64,000 nucleotides of DNA from Sphyrna mokarran (GCA_024679065.1 JAGIQG010000003.1:54746001-54810000); one strand, 5' to 3'; numbered from the stretch's first letter, positions 14,126-26,836 are shown. The notes: a model not told the origin generated them from the sequence alone. Made by a program: numbers and translations.

Positions 14126-15290
14126 ATAAAGTCATAGAGGTTTACAACATGGAACCAGACCTTTTGGCCCAACTTGTCCATGCCATCCTTTTTTTAAAAA
14201 CCCTTAAGCTAATCCTAATTGCCTGCATTGGCCTATATCCCTCTATGCCCATCATACCCACGTAACTATCTAAATGCTTTTTAAAAGACAAAGTTTTATG
14301 TGCCTCTACTACTACTTCAGGCATTTTGTTCTAGACACTCACCAGCCTTTGTGTGAAAAAATTACCCCTCTTTGTATCTCTCACTTTCACCTTAAACCTA
14401 TGCCCTCCAGTTTTAGACTCCCCTATCTTTGGGAAAATATATTGACTATCTAGCTGATCCCTCAATATTTTATAGACTTTTATAAGATCACCCCTCAGCC
14501 TCCTACCCTCCAGAGAAAAAAGTCTCAGTCTATCCAGCCTCTCCTTATAACTCAATCCTTCAAGTCCCTAGTAAATCTTTTCTGCACTCTTTTTAGTTTA
14601 ATAATATCCTTTCTGTAATAGGGTGACAAGAATTGCACACAGTATTCCAAGTGTGGCATTACCAATGTCTTGAACTTCAACAAGATGTTCCAACTCCTAT
14701 ATTCAATGTTCTGATCAATTAACCAAGCATGCCGAATGTCTTTTTCACCACTCTGTCCACCTGTGACTCCACTTTCAAGGAGCTATGAACATGTACCCTA
14801 GATCTCTTTGTTCTATAACTCTCCCCAACGTCCTACCATAAGTCCTGCCCTGGTTCAATCTACCAAAATGCATCGCCTCACATTTGTCTAAATTAAACTC
14901 CATCTGCCATTCATCAGTCCACTGGCCCAATTGACAAAGATTCTGTTGTAATTGAAGATAACTTTCTTCACTGTCTACTGTACCACCAATCTTAATGTCA
15001 TCTGCAAACTTACTAATCATGTCTTCTATATTCTCATTGAAATCATTAATATAAATGACAAATAACAATGGATTCAACTCTGATCCCTGAGGTCACAGGC
15101 CTCCAGTTTGAAAAACAACCTTCTACAACCATCCTCTGGTTTCTGTCAAGAAGCCAATTTTGTATCCATTTAGATACCTCACTCCAGATCCCATGAGATT
15201 TAACATTATGCAACAACCTATTATGTGGTACCTTGTCAAAGGCCATGTAGACAACATCAATTGCAATTGCATTGCCCTCATTTACCTTCT
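14126..15290 (-). mobile_element. CR1 LINE ORF2 3' fragment
   Basis: AFDKVPH, KFADDIK, FNLDKCEAMHFG and RLRGDLI motifs; CR1 tail. Confidence 0.95.
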
Positions 15291-15670
15291 GTGTCTAAAA
15301 CTGTGTCTAGAACAGTCATACTTCAAAAGCTATGTATATTGTGCCAACAAAGACATTAATTCACAAAATTTCATCCTCAGTCTTATTAATCAGCACTTCC
15401 TTTTTTGAGATAGTCAATTAGAAGGGTGAATTTAGATCATAAGGTGCAAATCATCTTGTTAACTACACCTTTGCTTTAAGGTTGTGAATGGAAACAGTCT
15501 ATTTCTTACATCCTTGGAAGTTTACATTCCACTATAAACAAATCAAACATTTTGATACGAAATAATCATAAAGCAATTCACATTCTGTTGTCAACATTAA
15601 ATCAATTAAAATCAACAATTGTGGTTGCTTTCTACCATAGTATTAGAAAATAGATGTTTCCCTTCTGGGG

Positions 15671-16649
15671 TGTTGGTGTGCCTTTAGGAGAGTATTTAAA
15701 AATTATATTCTCTGCAGTTGTAAGCAGGTGGTTTCAGTTGTTTTTACATTATGGCACTGGTTGCCTGATAGAAGTCCTTTTATTACTATTAAGTGAAGTT
15801 TGTTTATTTTTACTCTGGGATATTTTATGACCCTACATTGTTAGGAGGACTACTGTTGGGATAGGTCATGTGTTCTGGATAATTTTCTTTTCCTGCCTAG
15901 GGAATTCGAGGTCCATTTTCTGTTGTTGTTGCAGGTTGAGATTTAGTTTTTAAAGGGACATCAAGCTGGAAAGAAGTCTCTCTCTCCCTCTCTCTCACCC
16001 TCCCTGGTTTTGGAAATTCTGCTGGTTAGCTTAAAGCCAGGCTTCTTGCCTTCCTGGAGTACAGACTCTGCTGTTGGTAGCTTGACCAGAGTCTCTCTCC
16101 CTGATGTTCTAGGAAGCTATTGTGACTTTATACTGTTCTGGGTATAGCCAAAGGGCTGCTAGCAGTTTCAATTCTCCAACCAGAGGATTCAATTTCAGTA
16201 TCACGAGATTTGTTGCTGTATTGAACCTGTGAAAAGAGTTATTTATGGGATTGGTTTATATCTCAGATATATTTGTTAAGGGTTATACATTATCATGGTT
16301 GCTTTGTTTTTGTTTGTAATTGATAGAAGTTATTGCTTTTTTTCCATACATGTTAACTATATTCTTAAATAAACTTTTTTTGATAAAAGCTCTCTAGTGG
16401 GTCATTTGAATCATACCTGAAGTGAAACATATCAGCCAGAATTTTACCACCTTACTTGTCCCAGAATCAGGATGGCAAGACTCACAGAACACCATTCTAT
16501 GTTGGCCTCAGGTAGGATTTTACAAGCCTCGGATGGGCGAGGTGGTACAATTCCAGCAATCACGTTCAAGGTGCCAAATTCAAGGTGCAAAACTTACAAT
16601 CCATGTGAGTCCATAAAACACTTTGGAGTTTCTGACCTGAATCATAACA
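15671..16649 (+). mobile_element. Possible solo LTR with an internal insertion (about 16433-16575)
   Basis: TGTT...AACA ends, CT-rich middle and AATAAA near 16368. No TSD found. Confidence 0.4.
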
Positions 16650-18179
16650 CTTGGCACAAATCAATTAAAGCAAAGCATGGTTTGCTTAAACTTAATGAGC
16701 ACGATTTTCTGGAAAAAAAACTAACGTCCGATAGGTGGGAACACAAGAGTTTTCCCACTGTTTTCTGAGTGAGCTTAGTTAAATGAATTTCTGGCATTCT
16801 GTGCAGCACAAAGACCGTCAGATGATTTATGCCAGTGGTGATGGGGATGCTTATTCCCAACTGAGAAGCCAGTATCAGACTGCTGAGGGGGCCAGTATGC
16901 ATGCACTGATCTTGACATGAGCCCCACTGCATCTCACCCATCCCGTCGCTGGTCCTGACACCCTTACCAGATCGCCAGTCCCGACCCACTCACTATCCTG
17001 ACCCACACCATCTGATGGCTGGTCTCCTGTTGGCTGAACCTCGCCTCCAACACCAGTCCAACCAACCAATGCAGAGCTCATCCCCATTCCCTTCCTCCCT
17101 CCTCTTTTCCACAGCTGCTCTGGTCCCACTCCTTCACAGCCTTTGTGTTGCACAGAATGCCAGAAATTAATTGAAGTAAGCTCACTTTAAAAATAGGTGG
17201 GAAAAACTCCTGTTTCTCCACTTTTGGGCACTGAGCATAATTTTCTGAAGAAAAGAACTATTATGTTTAAACAAATCATTCATTGCTTTAACCCGTCACC
17301 CCACACCCTTGGCATTGGTGGGCACTGCCAGTGTGCTAGGGTGCCAGATTGGCACTGCCAGGTTGCCCAAGGCTTATTTCCTGCCATCTGACTTTCCAGG
17401 GGGCCTCATTGGCCTTTAGTCCTACCAGGGATGTCATCATGCTTGTTTTCCGTTGGTGGGAACCATACGTCAAGCCCACTGGTGCAGACTTCCATCGACA
17501 GGGAAGAAATATTAGCAACCCTGTTCGATAGCAGCCCTGGCTTGCTAATTAGATGCAAATCAGTATTTGAATGTTGTATTCAGCCTCATGCTTGGTGTGA
17601 GGCTAAGTATTTAGAAAAAAATGGCCGAGGAACATCACGACTGGCCAAATGCTGTTCACGATTCTTGTTTTGGCCATCTGCTAACATTTCCTGGCCCACT
17701 ATGTACTCAAGCAGCACAGCGGACCACCAAAATCACACCCAATGTGTCATCCTAAGTTTAGACTATTTTAGCATTCCTTCAAACTGATTTAAAACCAAAC
17801 CTAACTGTATTGGGCCCATTAAGACAAGTGCAACTGTTTCAGCTCAAGGAACTTAGTCATAAAACAATATTGTTTCGTCATAAACAATTGCTTTCCTGTT
17901 CCCGAATTAACTTGACTGTTAACTGTCTAATTGAAAAAGTCAAGCTGAGCCATTTAATTTCAACTGTGTTTATAGAATAAAATCCATAGATATCAAAGAT
18001 TCTAAAAATTCATAGAACAAACAAAATTTACGACTAACAAAGGCATACCCTTCCAAGTTGATCCTGCAAATTCCTCCTTGCTACCATCACTTGTGCCACA
18101 ATTGGCCTCAGATAGTCTTGTTCACAGAATCACACTTTTCAGCTGTTGCTTCATCAATGATCTTCATTCATCACAAAGT

Positions 18180-19060
18180 CATCTTTTCCTGACAGGAAAA
18201 GATGGAAGAGAGAATGTCCAGACTGCATGGGGTCTTCAATTATGCAGGTTGCTTTTCCGGGGCAACAGGAAGTATAGACACAGTCAATGGATGGGAGGTT
18301 GGTTTGTTTGATGATTGAGTTACATTCACAACTTTTTGTGTTCCTTGCTGTCTTGGGCACAGCAAGAGCCATATCAAGCTGTGATACAATGAGAAAGAAT
18401 GCTTTCTGTGGTGCATCTATAAAAGTTAGTGAGGGTCGTAACTGACATGTTAAATTTTCTTAGTCTTCTGGGAAATTAGGGGGATTGATGGGCTTTCTTA
18501 GTTATCGTGTCAACCAGGAGAGGCCAGGACAGGTTGTTAGTGATTTGGATACCTGAAACCTTGAAGCTCTCGACCCTTTCTACTTCATCCCCATTGATAT
18601 AGACAGGGGCATGTTTCCTTTATGTTTCCCGAAGTTGATGACAATCTCTTTCATTTTGTTGTCATTGAGGAAGAGATTATTGTTGCCACACCAGTTCAAC
18701 AGTTTCTCTATTTCAATCCTGTACTCTATCTCATCATTGTTTGAGACCTGACCCACTACAATGGTGTCACCAGCAAAATTGAAAATTGAATTGGAAGAGA
18801 ATTGGCCACACAGTCATAGGTGTATAAGCAGTGAAGTAGGAGGCTGAGAACACAGCCTTGTGAGACCCCGGTGTTGAGGATGATCATGGAGGAGGTGTTG
18901 TTGCCGATCCTTACTGATTGTGGCCTGTGAGTTAGAAAGTTCAGGATCCAGTCACAAGAGAGGTGCCAAGGTACAGGCCACAGAATTTGGAGATGCGTTT
19001 CATGGAAATAATAGTGTTGAATGCTGAGCTATAGTCAATAAATAGGAGCCTGACATAGGT
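18180..19060 (-). mobile_element. Rex1/Babar-like LINE fragment
   Basis: [21 protein letters not shown] and LPSIDCVYTSCC motifs; homologous to 44961-46072. Confidence 0.85.
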
Positions 19061-19062
19061 TA

Positions 19063-19870
19063 TGCATAGGCCCACTCTCTCAGCCTGTCCAAATCACTGC
19101 GCCCTACGGAGTCAGTTCACACCTTTACATTTACAAAAGGCTCACAGTGTCGGAGATCAGGCAAATCCAAGTCCCGATAAATGCGAGGTGATGCATTTCG
19201 GGAGAAAGGATGTAGGGGGGAGGTATATGATAAAGGATAGACCTATTAAGAGTATAGAAACACAGAGGGACCTTGGGGTGCAGGTGCACAAGTCACTGAA
19301 GGTGGCAGAGCAAGTGGAGAAGGTTGTGAAGAAAGCATATTGTATGCTAGCCTTTATAGGAAGGGGTATAGAGTACAAGAGCTGGCCTTTAATGTTGCAG
19401 TTGTAGAAAACGTTGGTTAGACCTCATTTGGAATACTGCGTCCAGTTCTGGTCGCCCTACTACCGGAAGGACGTGGAGAGTCTGGAGCGAGTGCAGAGGA
19501 GGTTTACCAGGATGCTGCCTCGTATGGAAGGTCTGAGTTACGAGGAGAGGTTAGGCAAATTGGGACTGTTTTCCTTAGAAAGACGTAGACTTAGAGGAGA
19601 ACTAATAGAGGTGTACAAGATTATGAGGGATATAGATAGAGTAAACAGGGTTAAGCTTTTTCCTAGGATGGACTCGAATAGTACGAGGGGTCATGGACTT
19701 AGGGTGAGGGTGGTAAGGTATAATTTGGATGCTAGAGGGAGTTTTTTCACACAGAGAGTGGTGGGGGTATGGAACGCCAACTAAAGTGGTGGAGGCAGGC
19801 ACTCTGGAGTTATTTAAGAAATACTTAGATGGGCACATGAACAGAATGGGAATGGAGAGGTATAGAAAAC
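19063..19870 (+). mobile_element. Relatively well-preserved CR1 LINE 3' fragment with an inverted 5' segment
   Basis: PDKCEVMHFG, RDLGV, LVRPHLEYCVQFWSP and FFTQRVV with few stops and many retained CpGs. Segment 19063-19165 reads SDLDRLREWA on the minus strand. Confidence 0.9.
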
Positions 19871-20087
19871 TGATTTAAAATAGCAATCATGAGCCTTGGG
19901 AGTCCCTGGGAAGTGTGTAAATAGATGATGATATTGATGTACTTGTTTTTATCCTACAGGTGCTTTGGTCCACCTTTGTTGTCTAACAAGGGGCATACAC
20001 GCAAGGGTCGTAAGAGGTCTTGGATTTTTTTCGAGAGTATCCTAGTGCCTCACGTCGTTAGTGTATGCTTGACCTGGACCATTTGAT

Positions 20088-20400
20088 GGGCAACATGACA
20101 GCTCAGTGACTATCGCTGTGCTGTGCAGATACATGGATTTGTGCCTGTGTCTGTGGGAGTTTGCGCATTCTCCCTGTGCTTGCGTGGGTTTTCTCCGGGA
20201 GCTCCGGTTTCCTCCCACATCCCAAAGATGTGCTCTTAGGCTAATTGGCAAAACAAATTCTCCCTAAATTGTCTCAAATTTGATTTTTAATCCATAGATC
20301 AGTAAACATCGACAGGGATCATGGGTAGAGGTGGGAACATCAGGGTGGCAGTGCGGGCTCGTTGGGCTGAAGGGCCTGTTTCCCGTGCTGTTTTGTTTTT
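20088..20400 (+). mobile_element. V-SINE
   Basis: ggagtttgcgcattctccctgtgcttgcgtgggttttctccgggagctccggtttcctcccac core and a CR1-like tail. Confidence 0.85.
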
Positions 20401-20883
20401 TGTTCTTTGTTGTGAATGTTGCAAATTAAACTGACCTGAACACCTCACCCCTAGACTGAAAAAAGTCCTTTGTACTTTGCTAGCTGTGGAAAGGGAGGTG
20501 ACCTCTGTGTTGTTGAGTGTGCGGCTTGTTTGTAACGTTGAAAATGAATTCTTTGCAACTTGCTGATTGAGGCAGCAAATGTAAGAAGGTTCACAGGACA
20601 AAGAAAGACAAACTTCAAAGCGTGCTTCCCCCTTGTGACTGTCTCTTTCAAGTGAAGTTAAGACTGATGTGGCAGGTAATTTCCTCTTTGAATTGAAACA
20701 GAAGTCGTGCACATGTTGCTAATTCCACACTAAAAAGGCACCGGAAGGGATCGAGACGCATACTCCAGTCACCAGAACCAACCGAGGTGTTGTAGAATTA
20801 CCATTCAGACAACCTTTGTACACGCTAATTCCAGACAGCACTCCGGCACAGCAGCCAATATACCTGGGTTGGAGTCAGGAGGT

Positions 20884-21089
20884 GGAGATGCCAGTGTTGG
20901 ACTGGGGTAAACACAGTAAGAAGTCTCACAATACCAGGTTAAAGTCCAACAAGTTTATTTGATAGTAGACCCATAAGCTTTCAGAACGCTGTTCCTTTGT
21001 CAGGTGAAGTAACAACATTCTGAAAGCTTGTGGGTTTACCATCAAATAAACTTGTTGGACTTTAACCCAGTGTTGTGAGACTTTTTACG
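20884..21089. mobile_element. Penelope-derived foldback element with a degenerate hammerhead motif
   Basis: Inverted arms gtaagaagtctcacaa...aagtccaacaagtttatttg / caaataaacttgttggacttt...gtgagactttttac. Minus strand CAC-CTGACAA-..-GAAA-GC-TT-ATG. A further single arm lies at about 21123-21210. Confidence 0.8.
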
Positions 21090-21299
21090 TGGAGTCGGGA
21101 GGACAGGGCTGTGTTTAAAGAGAGCTGAATGATTCCAAATAAACCTGTTGGGCTTTAACCTGTTGTGAGACTTCTTAGTGTGCCCATTCCAGTCCAAGGG
21201 CGACATCTCATTAAAGAGAGCGCATTCAGACGAAGCAGTCTTAGCCCATGTGTGTACCTGCTTGTAGCACTGCGGGCTGTTTGTTAAGGACTTCTCCCT

Positions 21300-21960
21300 G
21301 CACAGTGTATTGCTGTGCGCCTTGCTCAATGCTACTTCTCCAGTGTGTGTGTGTGTTGACGGGGGCAGCGGGGTGGGGGATGAGGCTTTATTTTAACTCT
21401 TCCCATCCACACGTGATCTGGACTCAGAACCAGAAGCTATTAATACAAAGGGCAGGACAACACAACATTCCGGCGGAGTGTTCAAACACTCAGTTGACTT
21501 GCTTTAGCAGAGGTGTTCATTCCAAACTTTCTGCTGTTGTCTGAGCTGCTGCACGGGGAAGGGGACAGTGCCCGAGAGATGCTGCCACTGAACCAGAGTG
21601 TGAACTGCAGCTCGGAGGCTGCGGCTCGGGGTGTGTGCGGCGAGGAAGGGGTTTTCTACCAGTCGGGCACGGCTGGCCACTTCACCCTCAGCCCCACGGG
21701 CCACTTGGTGACGGCCGTTTGCCTGGGGGTCATCGGCCTCCTGGGCTTCACCAACAATTTCCTGGTGCTGCTCCTCTTCTGCCGGTACCAGGCACTGCGT
21801 TCGCCCGTCAACCTGCTGCTGGCCAACATCTCGCTCAGCGACCTGCTCGTCTGCACCCTGGGCACCCCGTTCAGCTTCGCCGCCAGCACCCAGGGCCACT
21901 GGCTGATCGGGGACTTGGGCTGCGTCTGGTACGGATTCGCCAACGCTTTCTTCGGTGAGA
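21300..21960 (+). promoter_or_regulatory. Putative opsin promoter / CpG-rich first-exon region with an E-box
   Basis: CpG-dense, GC-rich exon 1 in an AT-rich, CpG-poor background. CACGTG at 21410-21415 and TATTAATA near 21439, both upstream of the ATG. Confidence 0.45.
21579..21954 (+). CDS. tmtops: TMT (teleost multiple tissue) opsin, OPN3/TMT family, coding exon 1 (N-terminus to TM3)
   Basis: Translates as MLPLNQSVNC...LSPTGHLVTAVCLGVIGLLGFTNNFLVLLLFCRYQALRSPVNLLLANISLSDLLVCTLGTPFSFAASTQGHWLIGDLGCVWYGFANAFFG, a close match to TMT opsins. First ATG at 21579 (the ORF-track start at 21513 is GTG). Donor G|GTGAGA at 21955, phase 1. Confidence 0.95.
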
Positions 21961-22375
21961 TTGACGGCAATAATCATTCAGCCTTCCCACGTCAGCATAG
22001 TAACTTTCAAAAGCGTGTAGACTAGAAAAGAGGGGAGAGGTGGGCACAGAAATCTTACATCCATCTTTTGCTATTGGAAGTGATAAATATGAAGCCTTAT
22101 TAAATATTAAGGAACAAGCAGTTAATTTGTAAATTTGCAGCTCAAGAGTTTATGAGCGAGAGATTGAACTACAGATGCATCAGGATTGGGGGTGGGGGAG
22201 GGGGGGTTGGAATGGGATTATCTGGATTATTTGTACCAGGAGGCAGTTACATTTTTCAGGATAAGGTCTTCTGATTTGGTCAGTGGTTAGGAATAAGAAG
22301 TGTGGCTTACAATGCGAGTAAGGTAGCTGGATTCTGAGGGCAGGATCCTCAGCCTTTTCAATTGTCACAGTAAAT

Positions 22376-22587
22376 AGTCTCACAACACCAGGTTAAATTC
22401 CAACGGGTTTATCTGGTAGCACCAGCTTTTGGAGTGTCGCTCCTTCTTCAGGAGAGTTTCCACTCACCTGATGATGAAGCAGTGTTCCGAAAACTCGTGC
22501 TACCAGATAAACCTGTTGGACTTGAACCTGGTGCTGTGAGACTACTTACTATGTTCACCCCAATCCAACGCCAGCTACTTCACATCA
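22376..22587. mobile_element. Foldback element with hammerhead motifs on both arms
   Basis: Plus strand CAC-CTGATGA-TGAAGCAGTGTTCC-GAAA-AC-TC-GTG (22465-22499). Minus arm CTGAAGA-AGGAG..CTCC-AAAA. Confidence 0.8.
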
Positions 22588-23142
22588 AGGTTACCATCGA
22601 CTTTTCAATTGTCCAACAGTTTTGAGACTTTTTTTCAGTTTATCTGTTAGTTAATGATGGTATTAGCACAATAGAGAACGATGACCTAAATTCAGGAAAC
22701 CAGGATATGGGGATGGTGGGGATAAAGATGTGAAATGGTAAAGGCAAGAAGTCACTTGTGAGAGTTGTGTATAGGCCCCCTAATAGTAACCACATGGTAG
22801 CATGAGGCAATAATTTAGAAATAATTGGAGCTTCACAGAAAAGCACAGCAGTAATCATGGGAAATTTCAATCTACAATCAGACTGCAAAAGTCAGATAGG
22901 CAAAAGCACCCTAGGTGAAGAGTTCATTGAATAATTTGAGATAATTTCTGAGAACCACCTATTCTGGAGCCAAGCAGGGAGCAGGCTTTACTGGAGCTAG
23001 TATTGTACAACAAGATGGTAGTAATTAATACTCTCAGGGAGTGAACTTACTCCCAGGTAGCAGCAACAATAGTGTGTTGAATTTTGGATTCAGTTTGAGA
23101 GAGAGGAATGGGTTGGAGACTGTGGCTGGAATTCCTCAGCCG

Positions 23143-23256
23143 TTCATGCCCGCTGCCACTGCAAGTGAGAACAGAGAATTTGGTGCTTGGCCAAATCTCT
23201 GTTCACTGCAGTGGGTGGGGAGAATCCTGGCTGCGTGTGAGATTGGAGAATCCTGT
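23143..23256 (+). mobile_element. Short MITE of about 115-135 bp (reverse copy at 59516-59650)
   Basis: ccaaatctctgttcactgc core is shared in reverse with 59516-59650; ggctggaattc...ggagaatcc ends. Confidence 0.7.
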
Positions 23257-23889
23257 TTTTAATTTTAAATGAGGGCAATTATGATGCTGTGAAAGGTGAG
23301 TTGGCTAAAAAGAATTGGCCAATTAGGTTAAAAGTTAGGTCAATAGCAAACATTTGAGGGGATATTTCAGAATGCACAAAATAGATAAATTCCAAGGGAC
23401 AAGAAAAAAATCCAAGGACAAACAATTTTTGGTATCAAACTTAAGGGAAAGGCTTAAACTTGTGCAAAGACGGGTAGAAGATTGGACAAACTATTAGGAA
23501 CAGCAAATGATAAGGAGGGAGAAATTAGAATACGAGAGAAAGTTAGTCAGAAATATAAAACTCAATAAGAGTTTTTATAAATATTTAAAAACAAAAAGAG
23601 TTAATGAAGTGAGCTTTGGTCTCATAGAATGTGAGTCTGAAGAATTGATAATGGAATGGCAGATGAATTGCACTGGCATTTTGCATCAGTCGTACAAGTA
23701 GCATCCCAGAAGCAGCTATAAACCAGGAAATGGGTGGAAAATTACAGTCAGCAAGTGGTAAACTGTTGAATCTGTGGGCTGACAAGTGTCCAAATCCTGA
23801 TGGGTACCAATTTAAGATTTTAAAAATAATCTTTAGTGAGATAGTTGATGTATTTGCTTTTATTTTCCAGAAGTCCCTAGATTCAGGGA

Positions 23890-24033
23890 TGATATGGAGA
23901 TGCCAGCTTTGGACTGGGGTAGGCACAGTAAGAAGTTTCAAAACAACAGGTTAAAATCCAAAGGTTTCTTTGGTAGTCTCACTCACCTCATGGAGGGGCA
24001 GTGCTCCAAAGCTTGTGTGGCCAAATAAACCTG
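23890..24033. mobile_element. Truncated foldback element with a 13-bp TSD
   Basis: CTAGATTCAGGGA at 23877-23889 and 24034-24046 flank the family sequence. Confidence 0.8.
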
Positions 24034-24164
24034 CTAGATTCAGGGAAGGTCAGCAGTAACAAAATGAATGAACCAAGAGCACACATAGAAATAAATAAAT
24101 ACAATCTAACAGCCATTATGGAGACATCGAGGAAGGTGGACATAGATTGAAAGCTGAATGTTGG

Positions 24165-24400
24165 TTTGGGTCACTATCTGTGTGGAGTTGGCACGTTCTC
24201 CCTATGTCTGCATGTGTTTCCTCCAGGTACTCCAGTTTCCTCCCACAGTTCCAAAGGCATGCTGGTTTGGTGTATTGGCCATATTAAATTCTCCCTCAGT
24301 GTAGCCAAACAAGCAATGGAGTTTGATGACTAGAGGATTTTCACAGTAATTTAGCTGCGGTGTTAATGTTTTTATGACTAATAAATTAGCTTTAATTTTT
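24165..24400 (+). mobile_element. V-SINE fragment
   Basis: V-domain core sequence. Confidence 0.75.
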
Positions 24401-25654
24401 AGGTGGCATTAGATTGGAAGATAGCAAATGTAGCTATTATTCAGAAAGGAGGGAGACAGGAAGCAAGAAACTACAGCTCAGCCAGCCTGTGCTATGGACA
24501 TAGAAGAACTGGTGGATGTAAATTTCCAGAAGGCATTTGATAATGTGCCAGATCAAATGATTTGCATAAACCAGAAGTTTGTGGTGTAGCAGTTAATACA
24601 TTGGCATGGATAAAATATTGGCTGATTAACAGAAAACACATAATAGGCATAAATGAGTATTTTTCATGTTGGCAAGATGTAATGAGCAGTGTGACACAGG
24701 GACCTCAACTGTTAACAACTTACATAAATGACTTAGATAAAAGAGTAGAAAGGATGGTTGCCAAATTTGCTTATGACACAAAGCTGGATGGGAAATTAGT
24801 TTGTGAGGGGGACATGAGGGGGCTCCAAAAAGCTGTAGGTAGATTTGATAAATGGCAAAGATGTGGCAAAATGGAATATAATGTGGGGAACTGTGAAACA
24901 ATCATTTTTTTCAGGAAGGAATAAAAAAAGGATATTATCTAAATGGTGAGAGACTTTGGAGCTCCAAGGTGCAAAAATAACCTGTAAGAATGTATGAATA
25001 AAAAAAGGCTATTATGTAATTACAGCAATTAAATAGGAAATCTAATAGAAAACAACCATTTATTGCAAGGAGAAATGAATATGGAAATAGAGTGGTTATG
25101 CTTCAGTTGTATGGGGCATTAGTGAGGCCACTTTTGAGATTTCTTATTTAAGAAAGGATGTAAATTCATTGGGAGTATTCAGAGATTAATACCTGGAATA
25201 GGTAAGTTGTTCCATGAGACATGTTGGACAGCCTAGGCATATATCGACCAGAATTTAGAAGAGTAAGAGGTAACTTTACTGGAGCATATAAGATCCTGAG
25301 GGATCTTTACAAAGTGGATGTGTAGAGGAATGTTTCCTCTTGTGGGAGAATCTAGAGCTAGGGGTGATTCTTGAAAAATAAGGTGTTGTCAATTTAAAAC
25401 GGAGATAAGGGAATTTTTCTCTCTCAGAGGTTTGTAAATCTTTGGAACCTTCCTGAAAAGATGATAGAAGCAGAGTGTCTGAACATTTTTAAAGCAGAGG
25501 TAGGTAGATTGTTGGTGAGAAAGGTGGTGATAGGTAATTGGGGGTAGGTGGATGCAGATTTGGAGTTACACATGACCCTTGTTCATATATTTATACTTTG
25601 GTATGTTCCGATATGCTGGCAATGTCCAAAGACTAGTTGAAGTCGGGGAAGTAC

Positions 25655-25905
25655 TTCGTAGTGCACGTAGTTATTATTGTAATACAAGAAAAGTGGCAGC
25701 TAATTCGTATAGGGCATGTCACATAAATAAGCGAGATTAATGATTGATTCGCAAACCCACTTGTTCTCTTTCAAATATTGCCATGGGATCTTTTTTTAAA
25801 TCCACGTAAGATGTCAGCCGATGTTCCCAACTAACATTTCATCAGAGTCAGCACCTTGGACGGTGCTTTCAGTGCTGTTCTCGAGTGTCACTCCAGATTC
25901 CGTTA
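25655..25905 (-). mobile_element. Deu-domain SINE-like remnant (related copies at about 5380-5520 and 62120-62290)
   Basis: tcaaatattgccatgggatcttt...gagtgtcactccagatt resembles the reverse of the DeuSINE core as I recall it. Confidence 0.55.
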
Positions 25906-26617
25906 TAAAAGTCGTGGAAATGTGGAAATGCGTGCTTGTATTGTCAAAACATAACACAAATGTTTTCAGTGAGATAAATTACGTACAATATAATGCTGAA
26001 ATCCAGGCACAAATCGCTGCATAATTTGGATTTCCTGGAATGAATCCCTATCACACTCCGCTCCAAAGTATTACCAGTCGACCACAAAGAGGATTGAGAA
26101 CTTACTATGTGTGTCATGCGAAAATGAGTTCTCAAATACCCAAAGCTGACTTTATTTTCAACATTTCACAAATTCTCACAATAAACATGGTTGATCATAC
26201 CCTTCGTTAGTAGAACATAATTCTCACTCTGGTGTTCACTTAAATAAATCCAGTGGATGACGCGAAACTGAAATTAAATGTTAGGCGTGGTAAAGGTAAA
26301 TGGAATTCGTTTTTTAAAGGTGCAGATTAAAGTTTTATCGGTGGAAAAGGAGCTTTGGAAACAAGACTCATTCTTTTTTATGTGTTTATCACTTCTGTTA
26401 AATAATAACATTTTCACAGCAGCTGATGAACGTAAAGACTCTGAAGATATTAAAACCTGGAATTCGCAGTCATGACACTATTAGGTCCAATTAAACTGTT
26501 GTGTTCCCCACACTCCAATAGCGAACTCATGTCACAATTTCCTAAGATTTTTTTTTAAATGAAGTAACTACAGTTAGAACTGGGGGCGGCGTGGCTAATG
26601 ACTGACATATCAAGGAT

Positions 26618-26836
26618 TCAGTAAGAATTTAGCAACACCAATTTTTAATCCAACCGATTTATTTGATAGTAAAAATTTCAACACTGTGACTGAGACTGCA
26701 TTTGCCGGAGGAAGACACAGAGTGTTGAAAGCTCGCAATTTTACTATCAAATAAATCGGTTGGATTAAAAATTGGTGTTGCTAAATTCTTACTGAGTTCT
26801 TACCACCCCAATCCAACGCCGGCATCTTTACATCAT
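26618..26836 (+). mobile_element. Foldback element with perfect 57-bp arms, a hammerhead variant and a TSD
   Basis: 26618-26674 is the exact reverse complement of 26739-26795. CATATCAAGGAT occurs at 26606-26617 and 26834-26845. Confidence 0.9.

Larger units (their letters stand above)
22640..25575 (+). mobile_element. Long decayed CR1 LINE (endonuclease to RT) with nested MITE, foldback element and V-SINE
   Basis: VVYRPPN, IMGNFN, FQKAFD, AKFAYDTK and LVRP remnants. Confidence 0.85.

Noticed and set aside
19924-20075. C/D box snoRNA (ATGATGA near 19925)
   Set aside because: No suitably placed CTGA D box or terminal stem.
21513-21578. Extended N-terminus given by the ORF track
   Set aside because: It starts at GTG. 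The first ATG at 21579 matches the N-terminal length of TMT opsins.
21504-21977. 157-aa and 104-aa antisense ORFs and a 107-aa alternate-frame ORF over opsin exon 1
   Set aside because: Shadow ORFs expected from GC-rich coding sequence; no recognisable domains.
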